Positions 39,755 to 49,733 of a DNA stretch of 64,000 bases are shown in pieces. The stretch's first letter is position 1, and every line of letters starts with the position of its first letter. Origin of the DNA: Vreelandella nigrificans (GTDB taxonomy: Bacteria > Pseudomonadota > Gammaproteobacteria > Pseudomonadales > Halomonadaceae); the NCBI RefSeq assembly GCF_002374315.1, contig NZ_NWUX01000006.1, forward strand, positions 127,947 to 191,946, written 5' to 3'. The position numbers and the translations under genes are program-made. Under the pieces are notes generated by a model. It saw only the letters and a list, made by a program, of their open reading frames with translations, was not told the DNA's origin and made no database searches.

Positions 39755-41284
39755 ATGACCGGTAGCTTATTAATTATCGCAGCGTTTATGATTATCCCCT
39801 TAATGGTCGGGGTTTTATCAGCGCGCCAATCGCAAGAAACCAGCGAAGACTTTTTCGTTCAGGGCCGCGCCATGGGCAGTACTGCGGTGTTTTTCACCGT
39901 AGCGGCAACCTGGTGGAGTGCGTTTGCTTTCCTAGGTTCTAATGCCACTTTCTATACCAACGGCCCAGTCTTTCTTACCGCCCTAGCATGGAATCTGTTG
40001 TTTGGCTTTATGTATTACTGGATTGGCAAGCGGGTTTGGTTTTTAGGGAAGCGGTTCAATTACTTAACACCCTCAGATTTAATCGGTGACTTTTATAACA
40101 GTGAAGCGCTGCGCATTACCGTTGCTGCTATTACACTTATTTTCACTGTGCCTTATTTACAGATTCAGTTAACTGGTGGCGCCTACTTAATTGAAGTAGC
40201 CTCCGGTGGCTTGATCCCTTTCTGGCTAGCAGCGCTGCTATTCTACTTCATTATTATTATCTACGTATGGATTGGCGGTATTCGTGCCATCGCCTGGACA
40301 GACGTTATTTACGGCGCTCTGTTGTTTTTCGGCATGATGTACGCAGGCTACTACATTTCCACTCAAGTAGGAGGACCAACCGCCCTATTTAGCCAGCTTC
40401 AGCAAAGTTCTCCCGAGCACCTCACCATGCCAGGGCCCAACGGTAATATGGGCTATCCCATGTGGTTCTCACTGTTTGCTATTACCGCTATTGGCGCCTT
40501 TATGGGCCCACAAATCTGGCTACGCATGTACTCGGTCAAACACGGCAAACTGTTTAATCTAATGCCCTTTCTACTTGGCTTGGCAGCTTTTGCCTATGTG
40601 GGCTCAGTGCTGTCAGGTTACTCCGGTGTACTGCTTGAGCCCAATGTGGAAAATCCCGATCAAATCCTGCCCATCATGCTGATGGAGTATGCCCCTTACC
40701 TGCTTGCCTCATTGATTATGGCGGCAGGCGCATCTGCGGCCATGTCCACAGCTAACTCCCAGATTCACGCAGTCTCCACTGTGGTAACGATGGATATCTA
40801 CAAGCGTTATGTGAACCGTGAAGCGAGCCAGGCTCGTATTGTTTATATCGGCCGTCTATCACTGGTCGGCTTCTCACTTGCGGCTTATATCATGGCACTT
40901 ACCGTGCCTGGTGTACTGGTCACTATCGGTATTGCAGCTTTAGCGGGCACCGCACAGCTGATTATTCCTACCATCGGCGCCATCACCTGGAAAAAAGCTC
41001 ACCCTACCGCCGCACTAGCGGGTTTATGGGGTGGTGTTGCCTGTGTATTGCTAATGACCTTTGGCCCTCTGAGCGCACCCTTTGGCTACCATGCTGGCAT
41101 TTGGGGGCTGATGCTCAACACTGTGCTATTTGTTGGCCTAAGTCATGTGCTGCATCGTCGTGACACAGCGGTAGTAGAGCGTTTTACCCAAGCACGCTAC
41201 GACTATGATGCTGAGTACCACCCCGAGCGTTTGCCTGCCTACGCACAAGAAACGCCACCGACTGATAGCTACAACTATCGCTAA
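39755..41284 (+). CDS. Sodium:solute symporter (SSS family)
   Basis: 509 aa, 13-14 TM, SSS-type N-terminal motifs. Confidence 0.85.
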   Translation: MTGSLLIIAAFMIIPLMVGVLSARQSQETSEDFFVQGRAMGSTAVFFTVAATWWSAFAFLGSNATFYTNGPVFLTALAWNLLFGFMYYWIGKRVWFLGKRFNYLTPSDLIGDFYNSEALRITVAAITLIFTVPYLQIQLTGGAYLIEVASGGLIPFWLAALLFYFIIIIYVWIGGIRAIAWTDVIYGALLFFGMMYAGYYISTQVGGPTALFSQLQQSSPEHLTMPGPNGNMGYPMWFSLFAITAIGAFMGPQIWLRMYSVKHGKLFNLMPFLLGLAAFAYVGSVLSGYSGVLLEPNVENPDQILPIMLMEYAPYLLASLIMAAGASAAMSTANSQIHAVSTVVTMDIYKRYVNREASQARIVYIGRLSLVGFSLAAYIMALTVPGVLVTIGIAALAGTAQLIIPTIGAITWKKAHPTAALAGLWGGVACVLLMTFGPLSAPFGYHAGIWGLMLNTVLFVGLSHVLHRRDTAVVERFTQARYDYDAEYHPERLPAYAQETPPTDSYNYR

Positions 41285-41316
41285 CGACAGCTATCGCTTA
41301 TGAAAAATCAAGGAGC

Positions 41317-42141
41317 GTGTTGATGGCCCAAGCCCCGATTTCAACCACTAGTCCAGCTGCTAAGCGTCGCCCCAAACTCGCCGAGCTGATCAGTGATGAT
41401 ATCAAGCGCTGGATTGCAGCAGAGGGGTTAGGTGAAGGAGCTCGCCTACCAAACGAAAGAGCTCTTATGGAGCTTTACGGCAGCGCCAAAGCCACTGTAC
41501 GCGAAGCGCTCAAGATTCTTGAGGTTGAGGGGCTAATCACTTTAAAAACCGGCCCTCAAGGTGGCGCGGTTATTAACCAGCCGGGCATGGAACCCGCCAG
41601 CCGCATGCTGCGCAACTTTCTGCATTTCCAACAGCTGGATGGCAAGCAGGTGTATCAGTTGCGCAAGTTGTTGGAAGTCGAGCTGGCGGCATCCGTGGTC
41701 GGCAGGCTTACGGAAGACGATTTCCAGCAGCTTGAAGCCAATATGGCGGCCTGTGCCTGCTGTGGCGGTGAGGAAGACCATAGGCACCAGCGCTTCTTAG
41801 AACTGGAGTTTCACCAATTGTTGGCCCGTGCCTGCCCGAATCCTCTGCTGGCGTTTATGTGTCAGTTTTTAAACGACATGCTGCGGGATTTAGTAGTGAT
41901 CAAAAAAGCTTACGTCCCCGAACGCAAGCAGTTCGACCATGCCAATCAGGATTACCACCGCCAGTTGGTTGAGGCCTACCGCGCTGAAGATACCCAGCGT
42001 GTCCGCGCCATCATGGCCGAACACATGATGGATGCCGAACACCATATGAGCGCGCTGGAAGCTGAAATGGCCGAGCAGATGCTGGTCAGCAACGACTCAC
42101 TAGGCACTCTTATCCAGCGCTCAAAACTACATAATTTATAA
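41317..42141 (+). CDS. GntR-family transcriptional regulator (FadR/FCD subfamily)
   Basis: wHTH LPNERALMELYGSAKATVREALKILEVEGLI followed by an FCD domain. Confidence 0.8.
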   Translation: MLMAQAPISTTSPAAKRRPKLAELISDDIKRWIAAEGLGEGARLPNERALMELYGSAKATVREALKILEVEGLITLKTGPQGGAVINQPGMEPASRMLRNFLHFQQLDGKQVYQLRKLLEVELAASVVGRLTEDDFQQLEANMAACACCGGEEDHRHQRFLELEFHQLLARACPNPLLAFMCQFLNDMLRDLVVIKKAYVPERKQFDHANQDYHRQLVEAYRAEDTQRVRAIMAEHMMDAEHHMSALEAEMAEQMLVSNDSLGTLIQRSKLHNL

Positions 42142-42190
42142 GTAAAAATGTTGTGTTTTACACTCTATTTCACCTTACGAGGATAGCAAA

Positions 42191-43465
42191 ATGAACACCT
42201 ACGTAACGCCAACAAATGAGATCACTGACCTGCGTACCGATAGCGATCGTCTTTGGGGTTCTCTGATGGAAATGGCCAAGCTGGGAGCCACACCCAAGGG
42301 CGGCGTCAATAGACAAGCGCTCACTGACCTGGACCGTCATGGGCGTGACCTGTTTATTCAGTGGTGCCGTGCCGAAGGTTGTACGATTCGCATTGACAAT
42401 ATTGGCAATATCTTTGCCCGACGGGAAGGTAGCGACCCCACAGCAAAAACAGTTATGGCGGGCAGCCACCTTGATAGTCAGCCCACCGGCGGCAAGTATG
42501 ATGGCTGCTTTGGCGTGCTTTCTGGCCTGGAAGTGATCCGTACCCTTAACCAGCACAAAATCACTACCCAAGCCCCCATCGAAGTCGTCGCGTGGACCAA
42601 CGAAGAGGGCTGCCGATTCCCTCCCTGCATGATGGGCTCTGGTGTGTTCAGTGGTGTGCTGGAGTTTGATGCCATGATGGCACGCAGCGACGCTGAAGGT
42701 GTGACGGTAAGCGATGCGCTAGATGCTATCCACTATCGCGGCAACGATGAGGTATCGCCCAGCGAAATAAAGACATACTTCGAGCCGCACATTGAGCAAG
42801 GCCCTATTCTTGAAGACACCGACACCACCATTGGCGTGGTTATCGGCGGGCTTGGCCAAAAGTGGTTCGATTTAACACTGACCGGGCTTGAAGCCCATGC
42901 AGGCCCCACACCAATGCACCTGCGCCGAGATGCCATGATGGGCGCAGCGGAGGTCACTCAAGCACTCAACCGTATCGCCAATGCACACCAGCCCCACGGC
43001 CGTGGCACGGTAGGCTGTATGACACTGCACCCAGGTTCGCGCAATGTGATTCCCGGCCAGGTCAAAATGACCCTGGATATGCGCCACTGGGAGCCAGAAG
43101 CTCTTATCGCAATGGGGCAATCCGTTGCCACTGCCGTTGAGGAAATTTGCCAACGTCACGGGCTGGAGTACGAGCTAACACCCACCGCGGATTTTGCACC
43201 GGAGCACTTCAATAAAATGTGTGTTGATACTGTGCGACAAGCAGCTGAACAGCTCCAGCTGTCGCATATGGATATCATCAGCGGCGCAGGACACGATGCG
43301 ATGTTTATTGGCCGAGTCGCTCCCGCCGCAATGATCTTTATTCCCTGCAAGGATGGCATTAGCCACAACGAGATCGAGAGCGCCAAGCCAGAGCATGTTC
43401 ACGCTGGTTGCAACGTTCTACTGCACGCGATGCTAGACGCAGCCGGTATTGAAAGCAGGGAGTAA
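42191..43465 (+). CDS. M20-family Zn-dependent amidohydrolase (allantoate amidohydrolase / N-carbamoyl-L-amino-acid hydrolase / beta-ureidopropionase type)
   Basis: AllC/AmaB-like motifs MAGSHLDSQPTGGKYDG, WTNEEG. Confidence 0.8.
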   Translation: MNTYVTPTNEITDLRTDSDRLWGSLMEMAKLGATPKGGVNRQALTDLDRHGRDLFIQWCRAEGCTIRIDNIGNIFARREGSDPTAKTVMAGSHLDSQPTGGKYDGCFGVLSGLEVIRTLNQHKITTQAPIEVVAWTNEEGCRFPPCMMGSGVFSGVLEFDAMMARSDAEGVTVSDALDAIHYRGNDEVSPSEIKTYFEPHIEQGPILEDTDTTIGVVIGGLGQKWFDLTLTGLEAHAGPTPMHLRRDAMMGAAEVTQALNRIANAHQPHGRGTVGCMTLHPGSRNVIPGQVKMTLDMRHWEPEALIAMGQSVATAVEEICQRHGLEYELTPTADFAPEHFNKMCVDTVRQAAEQLQLSHMDIISGAGHDAMFIGRVAPAAMIFIPCKDGISHNEIESAKPEHVHAGCNVLLHAMLDAAGIESRE

Positions 43466-43467
43466 CC

Positions 43468-44886
43468 ATGGCTGACACCTTTGAAACACTGACAGCAGTC
43501 GACGCATTGACACGCTTCGGCGAGGGTTCGCTCTCGCCGGAAATGCTGGTAGATGACTGCTTAGCACGTATTGAGCGGGATAACCCCAAGGTAAATGCCT
43601 TCACCTGTGTGAACGGCGAGGAGGCCCAGCGTTTAGCAGCAGCGTCTGCCAAACGCTGGCAAACAGGAGCACCATGCGGCCCGCTAGATGGCATTCCCGT
43701 GACCATTAAGGATTTAACCTTAACCAAAGGGCTGCCCACCCGCATGGGCTCTAAAACCACTACACAGGACGGCCCTTGGGAGGTGGATGCTCCTATTAGC
43801 CGTCATCTTCGTAATGCTGGGGCTATCGTGATTGGCAAGACCACCTCGCCGGAGTTTGGCTGGAAAGGCGTCACCGATAACCCGCTGCATGGCATTACCC
43901 GCAACCCCTGGAACACTGAACTAACACCTGGGGGATCATCGGGTGGCGCGGGGGCAGCTGCAGCGCTTAACCTTGGCTTGTTGCATCAGGGCAGCGACGC
44001 GGGAGGCTCTATTCGCATACCGTGCAGCTTTACCGGCACCTTTGGCCTTAAACCGACCTTTGGCTGGGTGCCCCAGTGGCCCGCTAGTGCCATGAGTACA
44101 CTTTCTCACCTGGGCCCGATGACCCGCACCGCCGCCGACAGCGCGCTGATGCTTAGTGTAATGGTGCAGCCCGATGCGCGAGATGGCTACTCCGGCAATC
44201 CGCGTGGGCCAGACTGGCTAACACCTCCCCCTTTGGATCTACGTGGCTGGCGCATCGCTTTTAGCGCCAACCTTGGCTATATAGACGTAGCTCCAGATAT
44301 TGCCCAGCGGGTCGAAGAGGCCGTTGCCTATCTCGAAGTGCTAGGCGCTAAGGTAGAACGAGTAGACCCAGGCTTTAGCGACCCACTTAAAACGTTTAAT
44401 ACACTGTGGTTTGCAGGCGCTACTCAAGCACTCGAAAAACTCGACAAACAGCAGCAGGCGGCTCTCGATCCAGGATTTCTGGATATCGCAAAACGTGGGC
44501 AGGATGTATCGCTTTCCGCCTATCTCGCCGCACGGCGCGAGCGTAGCGAGCTGACGGCACATATGGCGGCGTTTCATCAGCGATATGATTTGCTCGTCAC
44601 ACCCACCATGCCAATTGCCCCCTTTGCAGCGGGTCACAACGTGCCACCGGGTCGAACCTACCGCGACTGGATGGACTGGACACCGTTCAGCTACCCCTTC
44701 AACCTCACCCAGCAGCCCGCCGCTTCCATGTCTTGTGGGCTGGATAATCAAGGCCTGCCGGTAGGCTTGCACCTTATAGCAGGCAAATACCAAGATCTAA
44801 AAGTACTACATGCCGCTCAGCTGCTTGAGCGCTATTTGCCGCCACTGATCTTTCCCTCAAAACTAACACCGCCGGGAATAGCATAA
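43468..44886 (+). CDS. Amidase-signature (AS) family amidase
   Basis: GGSSGGAGAAAALNLG...GSDAGGSIRIPCSFTG, the Ser-cisSer-Lys signature. Confidence 0.85.
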   Translation: MADTFETLTAVDALTRFGEGSLSPEMLVDDCLARIERDNPKVNAFTCVNGEEAQRLAAASAKRWQTGAPCGPLDGIPVTIKDLTLTKGLPTRMGSKTTTQDGPWEVDAPISRHLRNAGAIVIGKTTSPEFGWKGVTDNPLHGITRNPWNTELTPGGSSGGAGAAAALNLGLLHQGSDAGGSIRIPCSFTGTFGLKPTFGWVPQWPASAMSTLSHLGPMTRTAADSALMLSVMVQPDARDGYSGNPRGPDWLTPPPLDLRGWRIAFSANLGYIDVAPDIAQRVEEAVAYLEVLGAKVERVDPGFSDPLKTFNTLWFAGATQALEKLDKQQQAALDPGFLDIAKRGQDVSLSAYLAARRERSELTAHMAAFHQRYDLLVTPTMPIAPFAAGHNVPPGRTYRDWMDWTPFSYPFNLTQQPAASMSCGLDNQGLPVGLHLIAGKYQDLKVLHAAQLLERYLPPLIFPSKLTPPGIA

Positions 44887-44899
44887 CCACGCGGGCTGG

Positions 44900-46294
44900 C
44901 TACTTATTAGCCAACTGTGCTCGTGCCAACTCAGCAAACTGCTTGCGGGAGGGTTTAAAGCCTACCCCTGGCGGCCAAACTAACCAGGCATCGGGCACCA
45001 TAAAGCCGGGTAGTGCTTCGCGAACCCAGGCGTTTAACGCCTGCTCAGATACGGTTTCTCCATGCCAGTCGATAAACGCCACCGGGCGCTCCCCCCACTC
45101 AGAGTGGGGCACCGGTACGACTAACGACTGGGCGATGCTGGGGTGGTCGACCAAGCGCTGCTCGATTGCTTCGGGCTGAATATTCTCGCCGCCGGAGATA
45201 AAGCCGTTATCGAGTCGCCCTTCCACCACCAGTGCCCCATCCGCGTTGAAATGGCCCCTGTCACGAGTAGCAAACCAGCCTTCGTCATTGAGGGCAGGGG
45301 CAACCTTGCCATTGCTTAAATAGCCACAGAATAGGGTATCGCCGCGCAGCTGAATTTCCCCATCGACCACTCTCACCTCTCGGCCCGGTAGCGGTTTGCC
45401 GACCACTCCCGGCGCGGTGGGAATGCCTGTACAGACCTGACTGGCCATTTCCGATAGCCCGTAGCTCACCTTAGGGGTAAGCCCCAGCGCTACCATCCGC
45501 GCCACCAATGGCGCTGGAATAGCAGCACCGCCCAGCAACAGCTCACGCAGTTGGGTGCGCTGGGGCGTAAAGCCCGCCTGCAGCAGCCTCCACAGTTGTG
45601 TCGGCACTAGGGAAAGGTGGCTAATCACCTGCTGCTCAAGGCGCTCGGCCAGTGACTGGGGAGCATCGTCGAGAATCACCCGCCCACCGGCAAGAAAAAT
45701 GCGGAACGGGATAGCGTAGCCGCCGATATGAAACAGCGGCAACGACAGCAGCCAGCCACTGTTTTGATCAACGGGAGTAAACGATGCCGACCCACGGGCA
45801 GAGGCCAAATGATTGGCCACACGATGCAGCACCGCTTTGGGGGTGCCGCTGGAGCCAGAGGTAAAAATTGTATTGCATAGTTGGTTGCCATCCAGTGTCG
45901 GAGGCTCACCCGTATTGGCTTCGGCTAGAAAATCGAGGCTAACCGGCGTTAGTTCGGCAGGGTAACGATGGTAGCTTTCCGTTTGGCAAACCCGCCCAGC
46001 CTGCAAGCGTTTGGCCAGATTAAGCTGCTGGACAATAGGGAACGCTGGGTTAAGCGGGCAAAAGATAACCCCTGCACGCAAGCAGGCCCATGCCAGCAGC
46101 AAGGATTCAAGCGAGCCTTTGGCGGGCACCATTAAGCGATCACCCGGCACAAAACCTTCCCGTGCAAGCTGCTGCGCTAAAGACGCCACCCGGCGATTTA
46201 GCGTTCGGTAACTTAGGCGTACCGAGCCCGCCTCTACCGCAATATGCTCAGGAGCCTCTTCGGCCCAGTAGTAAATGGGGCAGGTGTCTTTCAC
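44900..46294 (-). CDS. menE: o-Succinylbenzoate--CoA ligase (AMP-binding)
   Basis: AMP-binding motif TSGSSGTPKAV; position in the menC-menB cluster. Confidence 0.75.
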   Translation of the reverse strand: MKDTCPIYYWAEEAPEHIAVEAGSVRLSYRTLNRRVASLAQQLAREGFVPGDRLMVPAKGSLESLLLAWACLRAGVIFCPLNPAFPIVQQLNLAKRLQAGRVCQTESYHRYPAELTPVSLDFLAEANTGEPPTLDGNQLCNTIFTSGSSGTPKAVLHRVANHLASARGSASFTPVDQNSGWLLSLPLFHIGGYAIPFRIFLAGGRVILDDAPQSLAERLEQQVISHLSLVPTQLWRLLQAGFTPQRTQLRELLLGGAAIPAPLVARMVALGLTPKVSYGLSEMASQVCTGIPTAPGVVGKPLPGREVRVVDGEIQLRGDTLFCGYLSNGKVAPALNDEGWFATRDRGHFNADGALVVEGRLDNGFISGGENIQPEAIEQRLVDHPSIAQSLVVPVPHSEWGERPVAFIDWHGETVSEQALNAWVREALPGFMVPDAWLVWPPGVGFKPSRKQFAELARAQLANK

Positions 46295-47241
46295 GCTGAA
46301 TTTTCCATTTTAGAGAGACAGTGCAAGTTTTCTGTCATTACCTCACCGGTGGCATTGGTCACTCGCTCAGTAAGCCAATGCCCCGTATCCAGCCCCGGCG
46401 GCTCATTCGGCGCCCACTCGCTTGCTAGGCGGGCAAGCAGCCAAAGGCTTAAATCGGATTCAAAGCTGGAGGAGATGACTATGCGCAGGTTGCCCGCCTG
46501 TGCTCGTTGAATAAGCGCTTGGCAGGCACTTAGCGAGCCAATCAAGGTGGGTTTAATTACCAGGGCTTTAAGCTGGGGGTGATAGTTCCAAGCGTTTCCC
46601 CGCGATAGCGTTTCATCCAGGGCGATAGATACTCCCGTTGCCTCGGCCACGGCGATGCTGTCCGCAAAAGCAGCGCAGGGCTCTTCCAGGTAGTCGATAT
46701 GGTCAAGGGGAAGACACCTACAGAAACGCTGAGCTTCTTCCCTTGTCCAACCGCCGTTGGCATCCAGAATCAGTTTGGTGGTGGGTAGCCAAGAGGCAAG
46801 CCGGTTAATCAACGCCAGCTCCTCTTCCATGGCGTAGCGCGCCACTTTTAGTTTGAGCCGAGCCGGCGGCAAAGCCCCCCAATCGGCTACGATATTATCC
46901 AGCGTGGCCACCAGCGCCCTGGGCGCCCCTTGGAGCAGTGGGTAGGGCGGCAAAGGCGTGGGAAGATTTGCAGGCCAGTTGCGCTGGGCGCAGTCAAACC
47001 CAAACTGCACCGAAGGTAACGTTGGCATGGCTTTCTCGCCATGCTGTATAGCAGTAAGACTGGCTAGGCTCTCTGCTTTCGCTTCGGCGAGGGTTTCGGT
47101 TGAGAAGCCAGGCAGTGGGGCAATTTCGCCCCACTGGCCATTGATCGTCACTAGCAGTCCTTCTCTACTGGCCAGCCGTTCTCCTTTAAACATCAGCGGC
47201 TGGCGAAACGGTAGAGAGTAACCATAAAGCCCTAGTTGCAT
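46291..47241 (-). CDS. menC: o-Succinylbenzoate synthase (enolase superfamily)
   Basis: 316-aa enolase-superfamily ORF between menB and menE with overlapping stop/start codons. Confidence 0.75.
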   Translation of the reverse strand: MQLGLYGYSLPFRQPLMFKGERLASREGLLVTINGQWGEIAPLPGFSTETLAEAKAESLASLTAIQHGEKAMPTLPSVQFGFDCAQRNWPANLPTPLPPYPLLQGAPRALVATLDNIVADWGALPPARLKLKVARYAMEEELALINRLASWLPTTKLILDANGGWTREEAQRFCRCLPLDHIDYLEEPCAAFADSIAVAEATGVSIALDETLSRGNAWNYHPQLKALVIKPTLIGSLSACQALIQRAQAGNLRIVISSSFESDLSLWLLARLASEWAPNEPPGLDTGHWLTERVTNATGEVMTENLHCLSKMENSA

Positions 47242-48101
47242 TAAGGATTGCGCGGGTAGCGGGAGAAGTCTGGGCGACGTTTCTCGTTAAAGGCGTTACG
47301 CCCTTCCTGGCCCTCTTCGGTCATATAGAAGAGCATGGTAGCGTTGCCAGCCAGCTCCTGAAGCCCGGCCTGCCCATCGCAATCCGCATTGAGTGCGGCT
47401 TTCAAACAGCGCAGCGCCATCGGGCTATTCTGTAGCATTTCACGGCACCAGCGGACGCTCTCTTTTTCCAGCTCTGCCAGGGGCACTACATGATTGACCA
47501 GTCCCATTTCAAGCGCTTGGGCGGCATCATACTGGCGGCATAGGAACCAGATTTCCCGAGCCTTTTTCTGGCCCACAATGCGTGCCATATAAGAGGCGCC
47601 GTAGCCGCCATCGAAGGAGCCGACCTTGGGGCCGGTCTGGCCAAAAATGGCGTTATCGGCGGCGACGGTCAAGTCGCACATCATATGCAGCACATGGCCG
47701 CCGCCAATGGCATAACCTGCCACCATGGCGATAATCGGCTTAGGGCAGGTGCGAATATCGCGCTGAAAATCCAGTACGTTAAGGTGGTGGGCACCCTCTT
47801 CGTCCTGATAACCGCCGTAGTCGCCACGAATGCGCTGATCGCCTCCGGAACAGAACGCTTTGTCGCCTGCGCCGGTGAGAATAATCGCGCCAATGGCGCT
47901 GTCGTAGCGGGCCCGGCTTAGCGCCTGGATCATCTCGCTAACCGTCAACGGGCGAAAGGCGTTACGCACCTCGGGGCGGTTAATGGTGATGCGCGCAATG
48001 CCCTCCTTCGACGTGTGATACAGAATATCCTGGTAGTCGTTTGAGTGATCCTGCCACTCAATAGGGGCGTAAAGTTCCGTTTCAGAGAGTCCTTTAATCA
48101 T
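47241..48101 (-). CDS. menB: 1,4-dihydroxy-2-naphthoyl-CoA synthase (crotonase fold)
   Basis: High identity across the full length to MenB, e.g. ...[34 protein letters not shown]... Confidence 0.9.
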   Translation of the reverse strand: MIKGLSETELYAPIEWQDHSNDYQDILYHTSKEGIARITINRPEVRNAFRPLTVSEMIQALSRARYDSAIGAIILTGAGDKAFCSGGDQRIRGDYGGYQDEEGAHHLNVLDFQRDIRTCPKPIIAMVAGYAIGGGHVLHMMCDLTVAADNAIFGQTGPKVGSFDGGYGASYMARIVGQKKAREIWFLCRQYDAAQALEMGLVNHVVPLAELEKESVRWCREMLQNSPMALRCLKAALNADCDGQAGLQELAGNATMLFYMTEEGQEGRNAFNEKRRPDFSRYPRNP

Positions 48102-48149
48102 GCCAATCTCTTTTTATCTGTCAGGGGTAAGGTGATGACAAGGCGCCGT

Positions 48150-48536
48150 TTAGCTAAAGAAACCCGCCACGACTAGGCCCAGCGCCAAAGCACTCAGTAG
48201 CGCGGCACCGCCGTACATCAGCTTCTTATTGAGTGCGTCATTACCCACGCTGATATCAAACATCCCATGACGTAGTCGGTGGGCGGCATGGAATAGCGGC
48301 AGGCACACCGCAGCCCCAACAAATAGAAAGCCCGGTACGCTGAACAGTAGCGAGGAGGCCCGCTCATAGCTCAGTGCCTCAGCGGGCAGCAGGCCCAGAG
48401 GCAGTAGAACGGCGATAAAGAGAATCACGGCGGGCAGCAAGACGGCGAAACAGACACCGCCCGCGCTGAAAAGCCCCCACCAGAGCGGCTCGTCAAAGGC
48501 TTGTTTGTGCTGAATATCATGTTTGTTCATGCTCAT
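48150..48536 (-). CDS. frdD: Fumarate reductase membrane anchor subunit D
   Basis: PLWWGLFSAGGVCFAVLLPAVILFIAVLLPLGLLPAEALSYER aligns with E. coli FrdD; start at MSMNK. Confidence 0.75.
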   Translation of the reverse strand: MSMNKHDIQHKQAFDEPLWWGLFSAGGVCFAVLLPAVILFIAVLLPLGLLPAEALSYERASSLLFSVPGFLFVGAAVCLPLFHAAHRLRHGMFDISVGNDALNKKLMYGGAALLSALALGLVVAGFFS

Positions 48537-48934
48537 ACTCCCCCCCTCCCTAGTAGCCAGAAAAACAACAGCGCAACGGCCACGACTCCCGCCCACTGTC
48601 CAGCGACAATGGCCTTATCAGGCAGACTGTGCCCTGCGATACGCAGCGGCATAACTCTCGGGAACAGTACAAAGAAGGTGGCGGCGTGGAACAAGCTGGC
48701 AGCCAATGCTAAAAGGTTCAGTAGCAGTACAATGGGGGAACCCATAAAGGCGATCCACCCCTGCCAACTCTCGGCCCCTTGAAGAAGAGCGACCATACCT
48801 GCAAGGAAGCAGAGAATGAAAAATACCAGCGGTAACACCGTGGCTTCGCGGAGCATATAGAGCTTAAAAAAGCGATGCTTCAGCCACCAATTACGTTTCA
48901 GGGGTGGCAGGCGTTGCGATGTCGACTTATTCAT
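48533..48934 (-). CDS. frdC: Fumarate reductase membrane anchor subunit C
   Basis: WWLKHRFFKLYMLREATVLPLVFF resembles E. coli FrdC [24 protein letters not shown]. Confidence 0.75.
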   Translation of the reverse strand: MNKSTSQRLPPLKRNWWLKHRFFKLYMLREATVLPLVFFILCFLAGMVALLQGAESWQGWIAFMGSPIVLLLNLLALAASLFHAATFFVLFPRVMPLRIAGHSLPDKAIVAGQWAGVVAVALLFFWLLGRGGV

Positions 48935-48950
48935 ATTTATTCTCCTCACC

Positions 48951-49733
48951 CTACCCTTTAAACAACGCAATAAGCGTGTGTTTAGCAGCCTCGACCTTGC
49001 CTTGATTTACCGCGGCGGCAGGGTCAACGTGTTTGGGGCACACCTTCGAGCAGAAGCCGACAAAGGTGCAGCTCCATACGCCGTCGTGGCGGTTAAGCTC
49101 GGCCATGCGCTGTTTTTTGCCATTGTCGCGGCTATCCAGGTTGTAACGGTGAGCAAGCGTTAACGCTGCCGGGCCGAGGAACTCTGGATTAAGCCCAAAC
49201 TGCGGGCAAGCGGAGTAGCAGAGGCCACAATTAATACAGTTAGCGAACTGCTTGTAGCGCTCCAGCTGCTCTGGTGTCTGCTGATAGGTTTCCGGCGCAT
49301 TGGGGTCGTAGGGTTTTACCGGGTTATCGTCAATCAGGTAGGGCTTAACTGCCGCCAGGTGCTCAAGGAAGATCTCCATATCCACCACCAGATCCCGCTG
49401 CACTGGGAAGTGGGCCAGCGGCTCGATACGGATATCGCCCTCGTAATCGCGTAGGAAGGTTTTGCAGCCCAGCTTGGGAATGCCGTTAACCATCACCCCG
49501 CAGGAGCCGCAAATCGCCATGCGGCAGGACCAGCGATAACTCAGCGTGCTATCGAGCTGCTCCTTAATATGGTTGAGAGCATCCAGCAGCGAGGTGCTGT
49601 CATCCACCGGCAGGTCGTACTCTTGCCAGTACGTTTCAGTCGAATTATCCGGCAGGTAGCGTTTGACGCTGATGTGCTTGGTGCTGGCACTCTGCGTACT
49701 GATTACGTTAGTACTAATCTGCTCGGTACTCAT
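48951..49733 (-). CDS. frdB: Fumarate reductase iron-sulfur subunit
   Basis: 2Fe-2S CxxxxCxxC...C plus 4Fe-4[13 protein letters not shown] and 3Fe-4S motifs. Confidence 0.9.
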   Translation of the reverse strand: MSTEQISTNVISTQSASTKHISVKRYLPDNSTETYWQEYDLPVDDSTSLLDALNHIKEQLDSTLSYRWSCRMAICGSCGVMVNGIPKLGCKTFLRDYEGDIRIEPLAHFPVQRDLVVDMEIFLEHLAAVKPYLIDDNPVKPYDPNAPETYQQTPEQLERYKQFANCINCGLCYSACPQFGLNPEFLGPAALTLAHRYNLDSRDNGKKQRMAELNRHDGVWSCTFVGFCSKVCPKHVDPAAAVNQGKVEAAKHTLIALFKG

